Shown here piece by piece: positions 21,368 through 34,200 of a DNA stretch of 64,000 nucleotides. The stretch covers positions 1 through 64,000 of the forward strand of contig JAPMXV010000072.1 of assembly GCA_026936335.1 (NCBI GenBank), given 5' to 3'. Origin of the DNA: Mantamonas sphyraenae STR306 (lineage: Eukaryota > Protista > CRuMs). Below the pieces are notes generated by a model that did no database searches, was not told where the DNA came from, and saw only the letters and a program-made list of their open reading frames with translations. Positions within the stretch are counted from its first letter, which is position 1. Every line of letters starts with the position of its first letter. The translations under genes were made by a program, and so were the position numbers.

Positions 21368-21771
21368 GAGAGGCTTCTCGATGACCGATCATTCAAATGG
21401 TTTTGTGCCTAGACGAAACGGCCCTGTAGCGAGGGCCCGTGACCACACGACCGACTGGAAAGGCATTTGGGGCCGCAGTCCAACCTGCACGCACCCTCAA
21501 GTCTCTGTGGAACATCCCCTCCTTGCCCTGTGCATCGTTCATCCCCAGTCCCCGCCCCCATTCCTCACCCTCCTCACTTGTCTCCTGCACACCTCCACCG
21601 CCCTGCAACGTGCAAAAGTCCACTGTGCATGCGCCTCGCAGCCAATCCTCTTCCCGCCCGTCACCCACTCAACCCCTTCCTCCCTACCTCCTCCTCCGTA
21701 CCTGCCATCCACACCTACCTCCCACCCTTCCCCCACCCCTGCCTCCACCCCTGCCTCCACCAACACAAACC

Positions 21772-24700
21772 ATGACGGCGGCGGCACACTCCCAGCTGGC
21801 CACCCTCTCCTCCGTCGTCAATGAACTCGAAAACGAAATCAAAGACGTTGTCACTTTCAAAGAACGCGCTCTTGTACGCTCCTTTTTAGCCTCTGCTCTC
21901 GCCCCCCTGTCATATCTTCTTGCCTCGCCTGACCACATCCGCGTCCATTCCCCAACCCCGCCCCCCCACATCCTCGTGCCCCTGTCCCCGGCCCCCCGTG
22001 CAGCAAGAGGGCAATGTAGAGATCCTCGAGCAGAAAATCAAGGAAGAAGTAGTCAAGTCCTCCCGCAACCGTGCCCTGGAGGAGCGCAACCGGGTGCGTT
22101 TTGCTGCCAACGGCCACCGCCTCCCACACGCCCGATCCACCACTCCCCTCAGGCCCACTCACCCTAAACCTCATCCGTACACATCCCCCATTCCAGCTTG
22201 CACGTGAAAAGGACGTCCAGCGCCAGCTTGATGAGCGCATCCAGCAGCTGGAGCGCACCAAAGAGCACGTTCAGGAAATCCGCGCACTCGCCCCTGAGCT
22301 CAAGTCCACCGTCTACTGCGGCTGCGGAACCCCGCGCGACGTCTACATTATTCAGCAGCAAGAGCTTGTCTACGTCTCCTTCAACGAAAACGGCCTCATC
22401 GTCCTGTTCTCCCCTCCCCATGCTCACAACGAGGACTTTGAGATGATGGAGGACAGCAGCTACGTCATCCAGGACATGTACGCCCTCGTCGACGACACAA
22501 TCACCTGTGTCACCCACTGTGTCATCTCCTCCACCCGATCAGACTCCATCCCGCGCTCTTCTCAGCGCACCTCCACAGACGACGACAACAACGACAACAA
22601 CGACCGCGACAGCGACACACACAGCCTGCCCGACGACGACGACACAGACACTCTCCTCGACCTCGAGTACGACGCCCAGCTCCGTCGAATGGAACAGGAG
22701 AGCCTCAACAAGCCTCTTGTCTCCCACTTCTTTGTCGGCACAGCCAGCGGCCGCGGCCTCCTTGTCCAGCTCACCATCTCTGCTCACGCAGACAACACAC
22801 ACCACACACACGCCACACACAACCCATATGCCACACACAAGCAGCAAAGTGTCTCTCACTCCCTCTCGGTCGAGATCTTGCACGACAAGGCTCTGTACGA
22901 CGAAGGCCAGGCAATTGCCTGCGTCTCCTTCTCCGAACAGGCCCAGCGTATCGCCACGGCCTCCCTCGACCAGCCCATCCGTGGCTGGACCACAGATCTC
23001 TTCCTTCAGTGGGAATGCCCCCTCGACATCGCGTGCATCCCCCGCTCCCGCAACCTCCATGTCATCGACAAGCATCGCCGTCGCCTCCAGAGTTTCCACA
23101 ACCTGCCCGAACATTACATGCGCCAGCTCAACTCCGCCGATGTACGCACCCTCTGCTGGGACACCCACGGCTGCTGCCTCATCGCTGGCCTACACACGGG
23201 CGAGCTCCTCCGCGTCGAGATTGGCGACCCCTTTGACCAGGAGGTCATCCGTATGACCCACGACGAGATCCAGGAGGCCCGTCGCGCCATGCAGGAACGG
23301 GCATCCACCGCCGCCGCTGCTGCTGCTGCTACCGCCTCCTCTTCCTCATCTTCCTCTTCTTCCGCTTCCGCTTCCGCCTCATCCCTCGCCGTGCCTTCCA
23401 ACACCAACGCAAACACCTCTACTAGTCCCAATGCCACCTCTCCGAGCGGAAAGGCAAAGGGGCGCCGAGGCCACAGGCGCACACGCTCGGGGGTGGCCGG
23501 TGGCCGCGCAAAACGACGTGGGTCCGTGGGAACCCTCTCTGTCGCTGCCATGCACGGCTCCCAGCTCCAGCAGATCGAGGAGGAGCTGGAACAGGAGGAA
23601 CAGGAACTCAAGGCAGATCCAGAGCACAAGTACACTCTGCCCCTGGAGTTGCAGCCCATCGTCCTGTGTCGTTGCCGTACCATCGACATGACCATGCTCG
23701 AGCTGCCACCATCACCCTTGCACCCGCCCAAGACTGCATGGACTCCGTTCACTGTCTTCAACGACGACGAGGCCCAAGGCCACCGCGCCTCCCACATCAA
23801 GAAAAAGACGGAGCAGCGCGAGGGCAATCCGGACAAACGCAACAAACGCGCAAACCGCGACCACCAGCAGCAGCAACAGGCAGGCGAGAGTGACTTTGGC
23901 ACACACAATGACCTCGCCGTGGTCATCAGTGCTCCAGCGGACAACGATGACATGCGCGGACACATCTCCAACCCCGTTTCTGGCGCCCCGTCAACAGAGG
24001 AGGACGAACACGAACTGTTGCGCACCGCGCTCAGCGACAAACCACTGCGTCGCAATCGCTCGAGCACAGAATCGCAGCATAGCGGCAGCAAGTTGACCAA
24101 GAGTGCACTGCGAAAGCAACTCGAACGAGAAGACCGCTCCACCATCAGCAGCCGTCTGCGCGAGTTTGCCAATGCCATGCCCGACCTCCCTGACCCAGGC
24201 TCCTACGTCCCTGTCAACGACAGCCCCGCTGGATCTGGCAGCCGTGGCGGCGGCGGCGGTGCGGACGGCAAGAAAAAACGACAGCGTGACTCAGAGCGCG
24301 ACATTCATGTCTCTGACATACGTTGCATGCTCACCGATGACAGCCTGCCGTTGGTCGTGGCCACCTGTTCCGACGGATCGGTGCGTGTGGTGGACTCGGG
24401 CACAGGATCCATCCTGCGCGAGCTTGTCGACATGGGTGGCGATGCCATGCCCAAGACCACACCCATCACTGCCATGGCCTACGACACCGAAACCAAAGTC
24501 CTCTTCACGTGCAACGAGGCCGGCGACATCCGGGTCTGGGTCCTGCCCACTTCCGTCACCGTCGCCGAGCTGTACCTCCCCGGCCGACCAGTCCCCCAGC
24601 ACATGCGCTACGACTCCGCCACAGGTCACCTCATCGTCTCCACCGACGACGAGTGGTTCCTGTTTGACACCAACGCCATCCTGGAGTGGGTCATCCGCAA

Positions 24701-24809
24701 CACCGAAGCCACAGACGCCGCCGAGCTCCACCAGGACAACTGGGTCACAAAGCTGCACTCCCAATTCCAGCGTGCCATCATCCGCCAGGAAGACGAGGAG
24801 GAGGAGTAG
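21772..24809 (+). CDS. Coiled-coil + WD40-like repeat protein
   Basis: Introns 21874-22003 and 22094-22196 give a continuous frame into the 912-aa ORF. WD-like repeats IATASLDQPIRGW, VATCSDGSVRVVD, LFTCNEAGDIRVW. Confidence 0.78.
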
Positions 24810-24825
24810 ATCAGATCTACGATGT

Positions 24826-24835
24826 AATGTACATT
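24826..24835. terminator. Palindrome AATGTACATT between two convergent stop codons (candidate bidirectional 3'-end signal)
   Basis: Perfect 10-bp palindrome in the 32-bp gap between stops at 24809 (+) and 24842 (-). Confidence 0.4.
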
Positions 24836-24841
24836 TGTTGC

Positions 24842-26855
24842 TTACCTGCCAAATTCTCCATCTTCCATTGGCCGGCGCGGTGTTTCTTCCCGCGGCAGTT
24901 CCGGCTCCACATCGTCCATGGGCAACTCGTCCTCCTGCACAGGAATCCGACACGATACAACGGCATACGTAAGGTTTGTCACGATGAGGAGGACGGTGTC
25001 AATGACGTAGATGGGCGCAAAGACGTCGCCGTAAGTCAGCTTGGCCAGCCCGTCCAGACGCAGCATGAGCAGGACGTGAAACAGCGTCCACAGCACAAGG
25101 ACCATAGTAAACAGACTGGCCACCAGCTGTCCGCCGCGCGTGCGTGTCGAGCGCATGCGGCGCACCGTCACCGACAGCATGGCCAGGTCGAGCAGCAACA
25201 CAGGCACCACAACCACCACCCACGACGTACGCAGCACTTGGTCCAGCTTGTTGCCCAGCAGCAGCAGGAAGATGACGTACAAGCCCAGGCAGCACTGCAG
25301 CACCCAGTTGCTGTACCGTGCGCTCGGGTTGTCACGCGTTCGCTGCTGCACGGCCAGGTACAACAGCAACGTGTGGATCCACAGCGGCCAGAATGTCGTG
25401 CGGTACGTCACGTCCCAGTGGCCGTCCATCTTTAGCACCAGCAGCACGGGAAACACGCACGCACATACCAGCGAGAAGCTGAACCACTTCAACGCGCGAT
25501 TGTGCAGTGCCGAAAAGCCAAGCACCGCAAAAAACACAAACGTCAGCAGCGTGAAGGTCAGCAGGGGTGCAAGCACATACAGCCACGGCTCACTCAACTC
25601 GCCATCCAGTCGCGCCTGCATAAACACAAACGTGGTGAAAAGCAGTAGCACCAGAAGGTTCACGGCGATCAAGTGGTTGATGTCGTCGAACGAGTGCGGC
25701 CCAATGCCCCACCGCATTGCCACCGCCCCAACCCGTTCGCTCAGCTCGTCTTCGTATGCATCTAGTGTGCCCTCTCCCGCATCGTGCCTGCCCGTCAGCG
25801 ACGCTCCACGCACTTCCGACTCTGCGTCGGGCGCCTGGTGCACCAGAGTCAGCTCCAACACTGGCTGTGCATGCGCCAAATCGTGGTGGTCACGCAGCAG
25901 CAGCCCTGCAAGCACACAATCGTCGTCGAAAAACTCTCCTTGGAACTGAAGAAGCACGTCTCCTGCACGCACGCGAGGTCGACACCTTCCCAGCAGCTTC
26001 ACCACGATTTCCTGCTTGAACTGTGTGTGCCTCCTTGTGTCAGTCTTCCCCGTGTGTGGCGATGTGTTGGAAACCGCTCTCTCCACTGCGTGTCTCCCAC
26101 GCCACTTGCAACACGTGCTCCCTGCGCGTCTGCGTGCAAACCTCCTGCACACATTTCGAACCCAACCCCTTTTTTTCGCAGAACCTTACCTCTGCAAACG
26201 TCGTCGACAGCCTTGCTTCCAGCTCCATGGGCGATTCGGGCATCCCCTGGATGTGTTCCATGTTGTGGTGCACATACACTTGCACGTCCGCGTCCAGATG
26301 CTTGTACTCGGGCGGCGGCTGAGTGCCCAGCATCCGCTCGTGGAACATCTCCTTCCCCTGCTTCCCTGCCGCCTCCATTTCCCAACTGCCTGCCTTTAAA
26401 CTGTCAAACTCTTCCTCCTTTTCTACACTGTACACCATCGAGTCCCTTGACATCGGCTGCACCATGGTTGGGCCCGACTTTCCGCTTCGCTGCTGCTTCC
26501 CCGTCTCTTCCCCGGCCTCTACCCCGCTTCCGTTGTTCCACCACGACGTGTTGCTAAAGAGGTTGTGAAAAGACCCATGCTGAAAGTACTGGGGTACTCG
26601 ATCAAAGTCAATCAGCCCTCCGTCCGACTCTTCCTCTTCCACTTCCCCATCTCCTTGTTCGTTCTCGCCTGCCTCTGCGCCCTCCACGTGCCGCACATGG
26701 TCCACTACCCTCACCCCTTCCTCCACATCCTGCTCAGCCTCCGATTCCGCCGGTTCGTGAGCACTGATTCGCATTTCCACCAAAGGCACTGCTTGTTCTT
26801 GGCCGGACCGCGCCCCTGCCAATTCCCTCCTCCCGTCTTTGGCACCAACATGCAT
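24842..26855 (-). CDS. TMEM185/TMEM60/TMEM203-like membrane protein with long N-terminal extension
   Basis: Four repeats of [RK][LM]D.....[WY]....P: RLDGELSEPWLYVLAP, KMDGHWDVTYRTTFWP, KLDQVLRTSWVVVVVP, RLDGLAKLTYGDVFAP. Intron 26021-26189. Confidence 0.75.
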
Positions 26856-26954
26856 CGCCTTTGTTTGGACGACATTCGTGTGTGTATTTGTGTGTGTGTG
26901 AGCTGGTGAGCTGTTCAAGACCACCCTGCCTTTGTGCGTGCAGCAATTGAACGC

Positions 26955-29515
26955 TCACTTGTATTCCACCTCAAACCACGGGTGCTCCAACGCCTCTTTG
27001 CACGTGGGTCGGTCCGCAGGGTCGAGTGCAAGCAGCTGCGTGAGAAAGTCGATAAACACCTCGTCGCAGTGGCTGAACTTTTCCTCAAGCGACACGCGAC
27101 GCGGCACATCTCCCTGGAACACGCCTTCCGACGTAAAGTACTGCGTGCGGAACTGGGACACGTCCAGCATGTTCTTTGGTACGGGGCCCAGCACGCTCTG
27201 GATGCGCCCCAGCAACGTCAGCGACGACGTCGACTCAAACACAACCTCGGACAGCACCAGCTCGCCCACCACGCAGCCAATCGACCACACGTCAATCTTC
27301 TGGTCGTACGGGCACCCCAGTAGCACCTCGGGCGCACGGTAAGAGCGCGACTGCACGTACGAGCTTAGCGTGTCGCTCTTGAAGCACGAGCTGCCAAAGT
27401 CCACCACCTTGATCTTGCATTTCGAGTAGCTCTTGATCAGGATGTTTTCCGGCTTGATGTCGCAGTGGATCAGGTCCAGGTCGTGGATAAACGCAATCGC
27501 CGTCAGGATTTGCTTGGTCACCTGTTGCAGGCGCGGCATCGTGAAAAAGCTGCGCTGCTTGCGTTTCTTGAAGTGCCTATAGACTTCGTACAGGTTGTCC
27601 TTGAGCAGTTCTGTCACAATCATCAGGTGCTCCTTGAAGTAAAAGTGTGTGTAGTACCGCAGCAAGTAGTGCTTGTCCCGCGGGTCCGCGTTGTTGATCA
27701 ACTGCAGCAACCGCACCTCGTCGATCCCTTGGTCCAGGAAGTCCTTGTTGTTCTTGATGATTTTCAGGCACACCTCTTCCGACAGCACCGTGTCGATGCA
27801 CTGCAGAGCAATGCTAAACGTCGCTGCGCCCACATACTCCACAATCTGGTACCGGCACCCGATCATCCCGTTCTTCACAATCGTAAAGTTGCGCGACGGC
27901 TCCAGCCCTGTGTGCTTCACGCGTCGAATCACAGGCACGTGCAGCACCTCATACTGCGAATTGCTTGTCTCCAGCGGCCAGTCTTCCCCAAACTCCGTCG
28001 TCAGCCGGTCGTCCTTAAGCCTGCACATGACTCCGATTTCTGCAGTGCCCACCTCTTCTCCGTCCTCGTCCACCTTTTTGCCCTTGCCCGAGCCCGACTT
28101 TGTCATCGACGACGACGATGACGACGACGACGATGCCTTGATGCCGCTGCTTCCGCCGCCTCCTCCCGAGCCGCCCGACGATGCAGACGACGACGCAGAC
28201 ATCAGCCGTCCACCCTCCAGCTCCAGCACGCCTTCCCCGTTCAAATCCGTCTCCGAGTTCACCGACATGGAATGCGACATGGTCATGCCATCCAGCGTGC
28301 GCGGCGAGTTGGGGTTCCCATCCAACATGGTTGTGCTGGTTTTCCGGAATCCACGCGACAGCCGAGGGTCGATGCGTGCGTCTTCCAGCTCCGAAGGCAG
28401 TGCGTCCTTGTTTCCCGATGCTGCCTGTGAATACGTCATGATTGCGCCCGACGACATGGAGCGCCGTCCGTCGCCGCCCACCCCGTGCAGATGCTTGTTC
28501 CGCCGCGGCGTGAAATGCCAATGCAGCTGCGACCCATCGCTGCTCATCACTGTCGACGGGTTGTCTGTGTGCAGCCCATGCGTACGTGTCAGCGTCCCTA
28601 CGCACTCTCTCGCCCAAAAACGTTGCTCTTGCCCAAAACAAGGTGCACACATTTCCCTCACCGCACGGCAACCCACCTTTCTTTTCCTTCCCATTGCTGT
28701 CGCCGCACACCACACACCGTCCATTCGCACCCAAGCAACCGCATAGCCATCAAGATGTCCCAATGCAAACGCCCGCATCATTTTCGGTGTTAGTATATCT
28801 CGTCCACGGCCTCTTGTTCGCCAACCTTCCCTCGCGCGAAAACCCTCCCGCCAAATTTGCATCTGCTCCTTGCTCTCCTCTCTCCTGCCACCACCTGGCC
28901 CTTCATGCAGGCACCCGCAGGCTCATTGCTTTGCACATCGCCTTTTCCATCTGCAACACTCCCACCCGTCTCCTTTCCTGGCTCCCATCGTGGTTCACTT
29001 GTCTCGCCACAACTCTCTCGGGTCACTCACCTGCCCTTTTTCTCCGCTTGCGCTCGAAGCAGCTCTACATACCACACCCTTCCGTGTCAGTGCCCTGCAT
29101 TCCCACCCTGTTTGCCCTTCTCCGCCCTCGCTATGTTTCACACCCTCTGCACGCCCAATGTCGTGCCATTCTAGTGTTCGCACCCGCTGATCTGCGCACC
29201 CTCTCCGGCGCAGGGAAGTAAAAACCTGGGTTTCGGCGACTTACGGTTCAACAGAACGTTGGTGTTCCTGTTTTGCGGTTTCTGCACGCGTCCAAATGGC
29301 TTGCGCGCCTTCCCTCCGTCGCCCGACGACGACTCGCTCGATGACGAGTCGGTCGTTTCCTCCAAACCCATCGATGCAAGCAGCCGCTGCTGATGCGCCT
29401 CCTCTTTCTGACGCACAGCCGCCAAATCGTTCGCCAGGCTTGCTGCCGTGCTGGCAAACTCTTCTTTGTCTTGCAGATAGTCCAAAATGAGCTTCTCCAG
29501 TTCCTCGTCGGCCAT
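26955..29515 (-). CDS. DYRK-related kinase (DYRKP-like) with N-terminal LisH-like helix
   Basis: IHCDIKPENIL, DFGSSC, YVQSRSYRAPEV, HTGLEPSRNF..RYQIVEYVGAATFS. N-terminus EKLILDYLQDKEEFASTAASL. Introns 29065-29244 and 28565-29030 keep frame. Confidence 0.85.
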
Positions 29516-29728
29516 CCTTGATCGATTGAGTGGGGTTTCGATTGGCCGCACGTTCGTGGCCTTCCTCGCCCCCGCTTGCTACCACCGCTCGCAACACGAG
29601 CCGCAACCCACCTTCATGCCCTCCTCTCACTCCTTTCCTGTTCCGATCCTCCTTTCTGCCCTCACCCGCACACCCGATGCCCGGCTCAGGCGGCCTGCGC
29701 TCCACCCCAAACCCTGGCCCCTCCGCGC

Positions 29729-31215
29729 ATGAAGCAACCTCGTCACGATGTCGAAGACGGTGAAGAGGAGGGTGGCGACAAGGCCTTGCAACCACGCAGC
29801 TCCACCGCAAACGCCATCATGTCCTGCTTGGCCTATTGTGTCTGTTCCATAGGCATGATTTACACCCAGAAGGTCATCATCTCCCTCTACCACTTCCAGT
29901 TCTCCATGTTTCTCCTGTTTTTCCAGGTACGTACACTCGCCATGCACTCTCCACCCATCTTTGCGCCTGCAATACCCCCCTGCCCCCTTCTAGCCTCTGC
30001 TTGTGCTCGCGTAGCCCACGGCGCGCCCATGCCCCGAAAGCCCGCCTCGCTCTGACCCGGCCCCCGACACTCACACGCCCTCTCCCAGAACGCCATCGCT
30101 GTCCTGCTCCTCCTCGCTGCCAAGTACTACGGCTCAATTGACTTTGAATCCTTTGACTGGGACACTGCACGCCGCTGGCTTCCGGTCAACCTCATCTTTG
30201 TCAGCATGCTGTACACAGGCTCCCTCAGGCACGTTGCCCCATCCTCTCCACCCACCCAAACCCACCAGCCCATCCTTTGCTCTCTTTCCACAGTATTGAT
30301 CACTCTCATCACTCCCATTAACACTCCGCCGTGCCTTCCCGCTCCCCAATCACAGCATTCGCTACCTCAGCATTCCCTTTGTCACGGTGTTCAAGAACGT
30401 CACCAACGTCGTTATCTACCTGGGCGACATCTACGTCTTCCAGAAGCAGCACGAGAGCGGCACAATTGTCGCCCTCCTTATCATGGTCACGGGCGCCGCC
30501 GCGGCGGGCATCACGGACGTCCAGTTCAACCTTGTTGGCTACTTCTGGATGGCCATGAACTGTGCCTCTACAGCTGGATACATTGTACGTGTTGCCGTCT
30601 TCTCCGACCATTCCAGGCCTTGCCCGCCCACTCTCTCGCTCTCGCTGACGCTCCCCTTCCCACCGCCCCGGTGTTCCCCCCCCCCAACTCCTCAGCTCTA
30701 CCTCCGCTGGGCCATGGACGACACCCAGCTCTCAAAGTTTGGCATGGCTTTCTACAACAACATCCTCTCCCTGCCTGTCCTCCTGCCCATGATCTTCTTC
30801 TCTGGCGAAACCGTCGGCATCACTCACTTGTAAGTTTTGTCTTGGCTGCTGTTCTCCCCGCTCCCTTCTCCAGTTCCCCATCTCGCTCACTCCTTACTTC
30901 CCTCTCCGCGAAACCAGCCCCAAGCTCTGGGACCCCATGCTCGACTTTCTCATCGTCCTCAGCGGCGTCGTAGGCGTTGGCCTCAGCCTTGCCTCCTTCT
31001 GGGCTGTCAAGGCCACCTCCCCGACCACCTACTCCATTGTCGGGGCCCTCAACAAGATCCCCCTCACTGTCGTCAGCATGGTTATCTTTCCTGACCCGGT
31101 GACCTTCAACAACATCCTCAGCGTCCTTCTCGGCCTCACCGGCGGTCTCGTCTTTGCATACGCCAAGTATGCGCAGAAGCGAGACGAGAGGAAGACTGCT
31201 GCTGCATCCAAGTGA
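29729..31215 (+). CDS. GDP-mannose / nucleotide-sugar transporter (GONST/VRG4-like)
   Basis: FVTVFKNVTN, MAFYNNILSLP, TSPTTYSIVGALNKIP (GALNK motif). Introns 29927-30088, 30229-30355 (GC-AG), 30585-30695 and 30830-30917. Confidence 0.9.
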
Positions 31216-31250
31216 CATCCATTCATTCAAACCGCATTGTCCATCCAATC

Positions 31251-34200
31251 TCAAACCACGCTTTCCTCCACCACCTCCCCAACATTCTTCTCCTGCACCT
31301 TCTCCCCTCCCTCCCCATCCGCAGCCTCCGCAGCCTCCGCAGCCTCAGCTGCCTCCGCTACCTCCGCTGCTGCTGCTCGTTCTTGTTCCCGTTGCTTCCT
31401 TGACTTGATCTTCACTCCGCTCTCGCGCGGCCTGTTTCCTCGTTGCTCCACATCGAGCGCCTCCAGCGCCTGCATCGTCCCACTCGCCCCACTGTCGCCT
31501 CCGTTCCCATTCGTGCCTTTCTTCTTTCCTTTGCCCACCAGCTCGTCCAGATGCTCCAGGTCGTCTGCCAGCAACCCCGAACTGGAGCTGCTGCTTGTGC
31601 CCTCGCTCGATGCACCGCTCGGTCCACTCGACCCGGAGAATCCACCCAAACCACCGAGCATCGACAAATCACCCAGATCGTACATCTGGCTTGTTGTTTC
31701 GCTCCCTAGATCTGCCGCAAGCTGCGCAAACCCTGCCGACTTTTCCTTGTAAAACTCCTCCGCTTCCTGCATACGCATCTCCATCGTCTCTTCCCACTCT
31801 GGAAACACGTCCACGTACAGCGAGTCTCCTTCACACACCGAGTGAAAGTTCCTCAGGCTACCCAACGCGTCTCCTTGCAGCAGCTTCGGCGCTTCACGGC
31901 TCAGCCCGCTCTGAAAGTCCATCTGGCTCTCCCGCACAAGCACATACACTTGGTCCTTGTCGTCCAGATTCAACAGCATCGCCAGATCTTCTTTCAGCTC
32001 CCCCAGCGACTGCTTCGACGGGATGCTCATACCGATCCGGTGGCCGAAGCGACCTTGCTCCCGCAGGAACAGCTGCACAAACACAAACAGCTCCTCCCGC
32101 TTCTCGTACGCTGTCCACTGCTCCTGCCCGTTCATCATCACCTCCAGCATCAGCGCCGTGTTCTCGCCAATGTTCAGCTGCGCCAGGGTCCGCTTGTCTG
32201 TGCGATCAAACGGTTGCTTCGGCACATTTTTAAACGTCCCATACAGCCGCAGACGCACACGCTCCTCCTTGATTCCTCCCTCCGGAACGGTCATCATCGC
32301 GTTAAGATCCACATGCACCCTTTCCTCCGACGCCGATCCGTTTGCTTTGGCCGCCTCACGCGCCGCCTCCCGTTCCTCCCACGCTGCCAACGCCTGGTCC
32401 TCCGCAGCTTGCTGTGCGTTGATTCGGTCCAGCGCCGCTTGGAAGTCTTCGTCAAACATGTCGCCCATGCTGGCCATCTTGGCTTCGATCGTTGTGTGGT
32501 GTGGCTTTGCATCCTGGGCCCCCCTTGCCAGAGCCCACTCCCAGCGCCGCTGCACTCAACACGCAGTTCATCCACGCCCCTTCCACGTGTAGCTCATCTC
32601 GGAACAATGCATACGCGCGCTCCGTCGTCTTGGCCATGCTCTCACTCGTTTTCGTGCGCAGATCCCGCTTCTCGCCGTTGTAGTACACCTGAAGCGTCAC
32701 CTCCTCCTGTCCACCCTTGCTGCCCGAACTCTTGCCTGCTCGGTGTGCACTCCCGGAAAATCCAAAGCCCAGACCATCCTCCTCATCGTCTGCCTCAAAC
32801 CCGTCCTCCATTCCCCCTCCCCAGTCTTGCATCTCAAACTCCCCCGCATTTCCGTTCCCATGCCCACCACCCGTCCAAGCTGGCAGTTCGATCGCAGTAC
32901 CTGTCACACTCAGTCCACCCATGTCTCCGCCTCCGCCCATGCCGCCGCCGTTACCCGGCACCAGCGGCACCGTGTTGTCGTTTGAGCCCAGGTTCAGATC
33001 GTCCAGGATGCTTTCCACTTCCTGCTGTTGGTTGCGGAACGGATTGTTGCGTGACAACATGCTGCCCGAACTCATGTACACTCCGTCCGACACGTTGCGG
33101 TTTGTATCGCCCCACGAAGTCGTGCGCCTCTCGCGCGCTCGCTCCACGTACTTGCGGATGGGATCCGGTACGCTGCTGTTGCGCACCGTGCGTAGGTTGG
33201 TGCGTCGATCCACGCGTCGGTACAGCAGCATGTACGCTGTTGCGCTCACGCTGTCGTCGTCCCCAAACGTCGACTCCACTTCCTTCTCGTCAATCTCCGT
33301 CACGCTCGAGTCGTTGAAGTTGTACCACTTGCCACTCACAAACGACCGGATGTACGCGTAGTAGTGTCCACTTCCTGCTCCCGATCCGCTGTGTACAAGC
33401 ACTGCATACAGCTCGTACGTGTGCGCCGCAACCTCGACAGACGGTAGCGTCTCTGCGCTCGTCTCCTCCTTCCACAGCTCCTCCTCTTCCACTCCCTGCC
33501 AGTTGGCTCGGAACAGCAAATCGTTCAAATCCTCTCGCGTCTTGTCCATGGGCTCCTCCAACGAATCCACGGCCACCTGCAGCATTTGCATCGCCGCTTC
33601 CCGTTCCTCAAACTCCATCTCCGTGTTCTCCTCCAAAATCTTCAACTGGCTCTTGCTCTCCTCCACATCTTGCTCCCACTGTTCAAGTTGCGTGTGCAAT
33701 CGCCGCGCCTCTTCCAAGCACGCCTCGGCGCTCTCCACTGCCCTGTGTGCTCTCTCACTCTGCGCCTCCACAGGCAGATACTTTGCCATGGGCATTGTGC
33801 GCGGGAACGTCACACGGTGACCCAGCTTCACTCGCTTGTCCTGCTCATAGTCGTAGTCGAACCGGTTGATGACCAGCGTCAGCACGTACGGCAGCTTGGC
33901 AAAGCTCAGGCCCTTCTCAGCGTCTGTTTTGGTCCCGCACGCTTCGCACGAGTACTGGTTGTCACCACTCAGCTGCTCGGGCTTCACATACTTGTCCAAG
34001 GCCTCTTCTAACGAGCCTACGCCGTGGATATCCAGCGACAGGTCCTGAAACACCGGATGCCGAGCGCTCAAGGTGTTGCACTCCTTGCATCGCACATAGT
34101 CCAACATCTCGCCCTGGTACAAGTCCTCTACAAGCGAGGCCTGTGCGCTGCCTTCCATCTCGTCCGTCAGCGCGTCAAACAGCACACGCATCAGCTCGCT

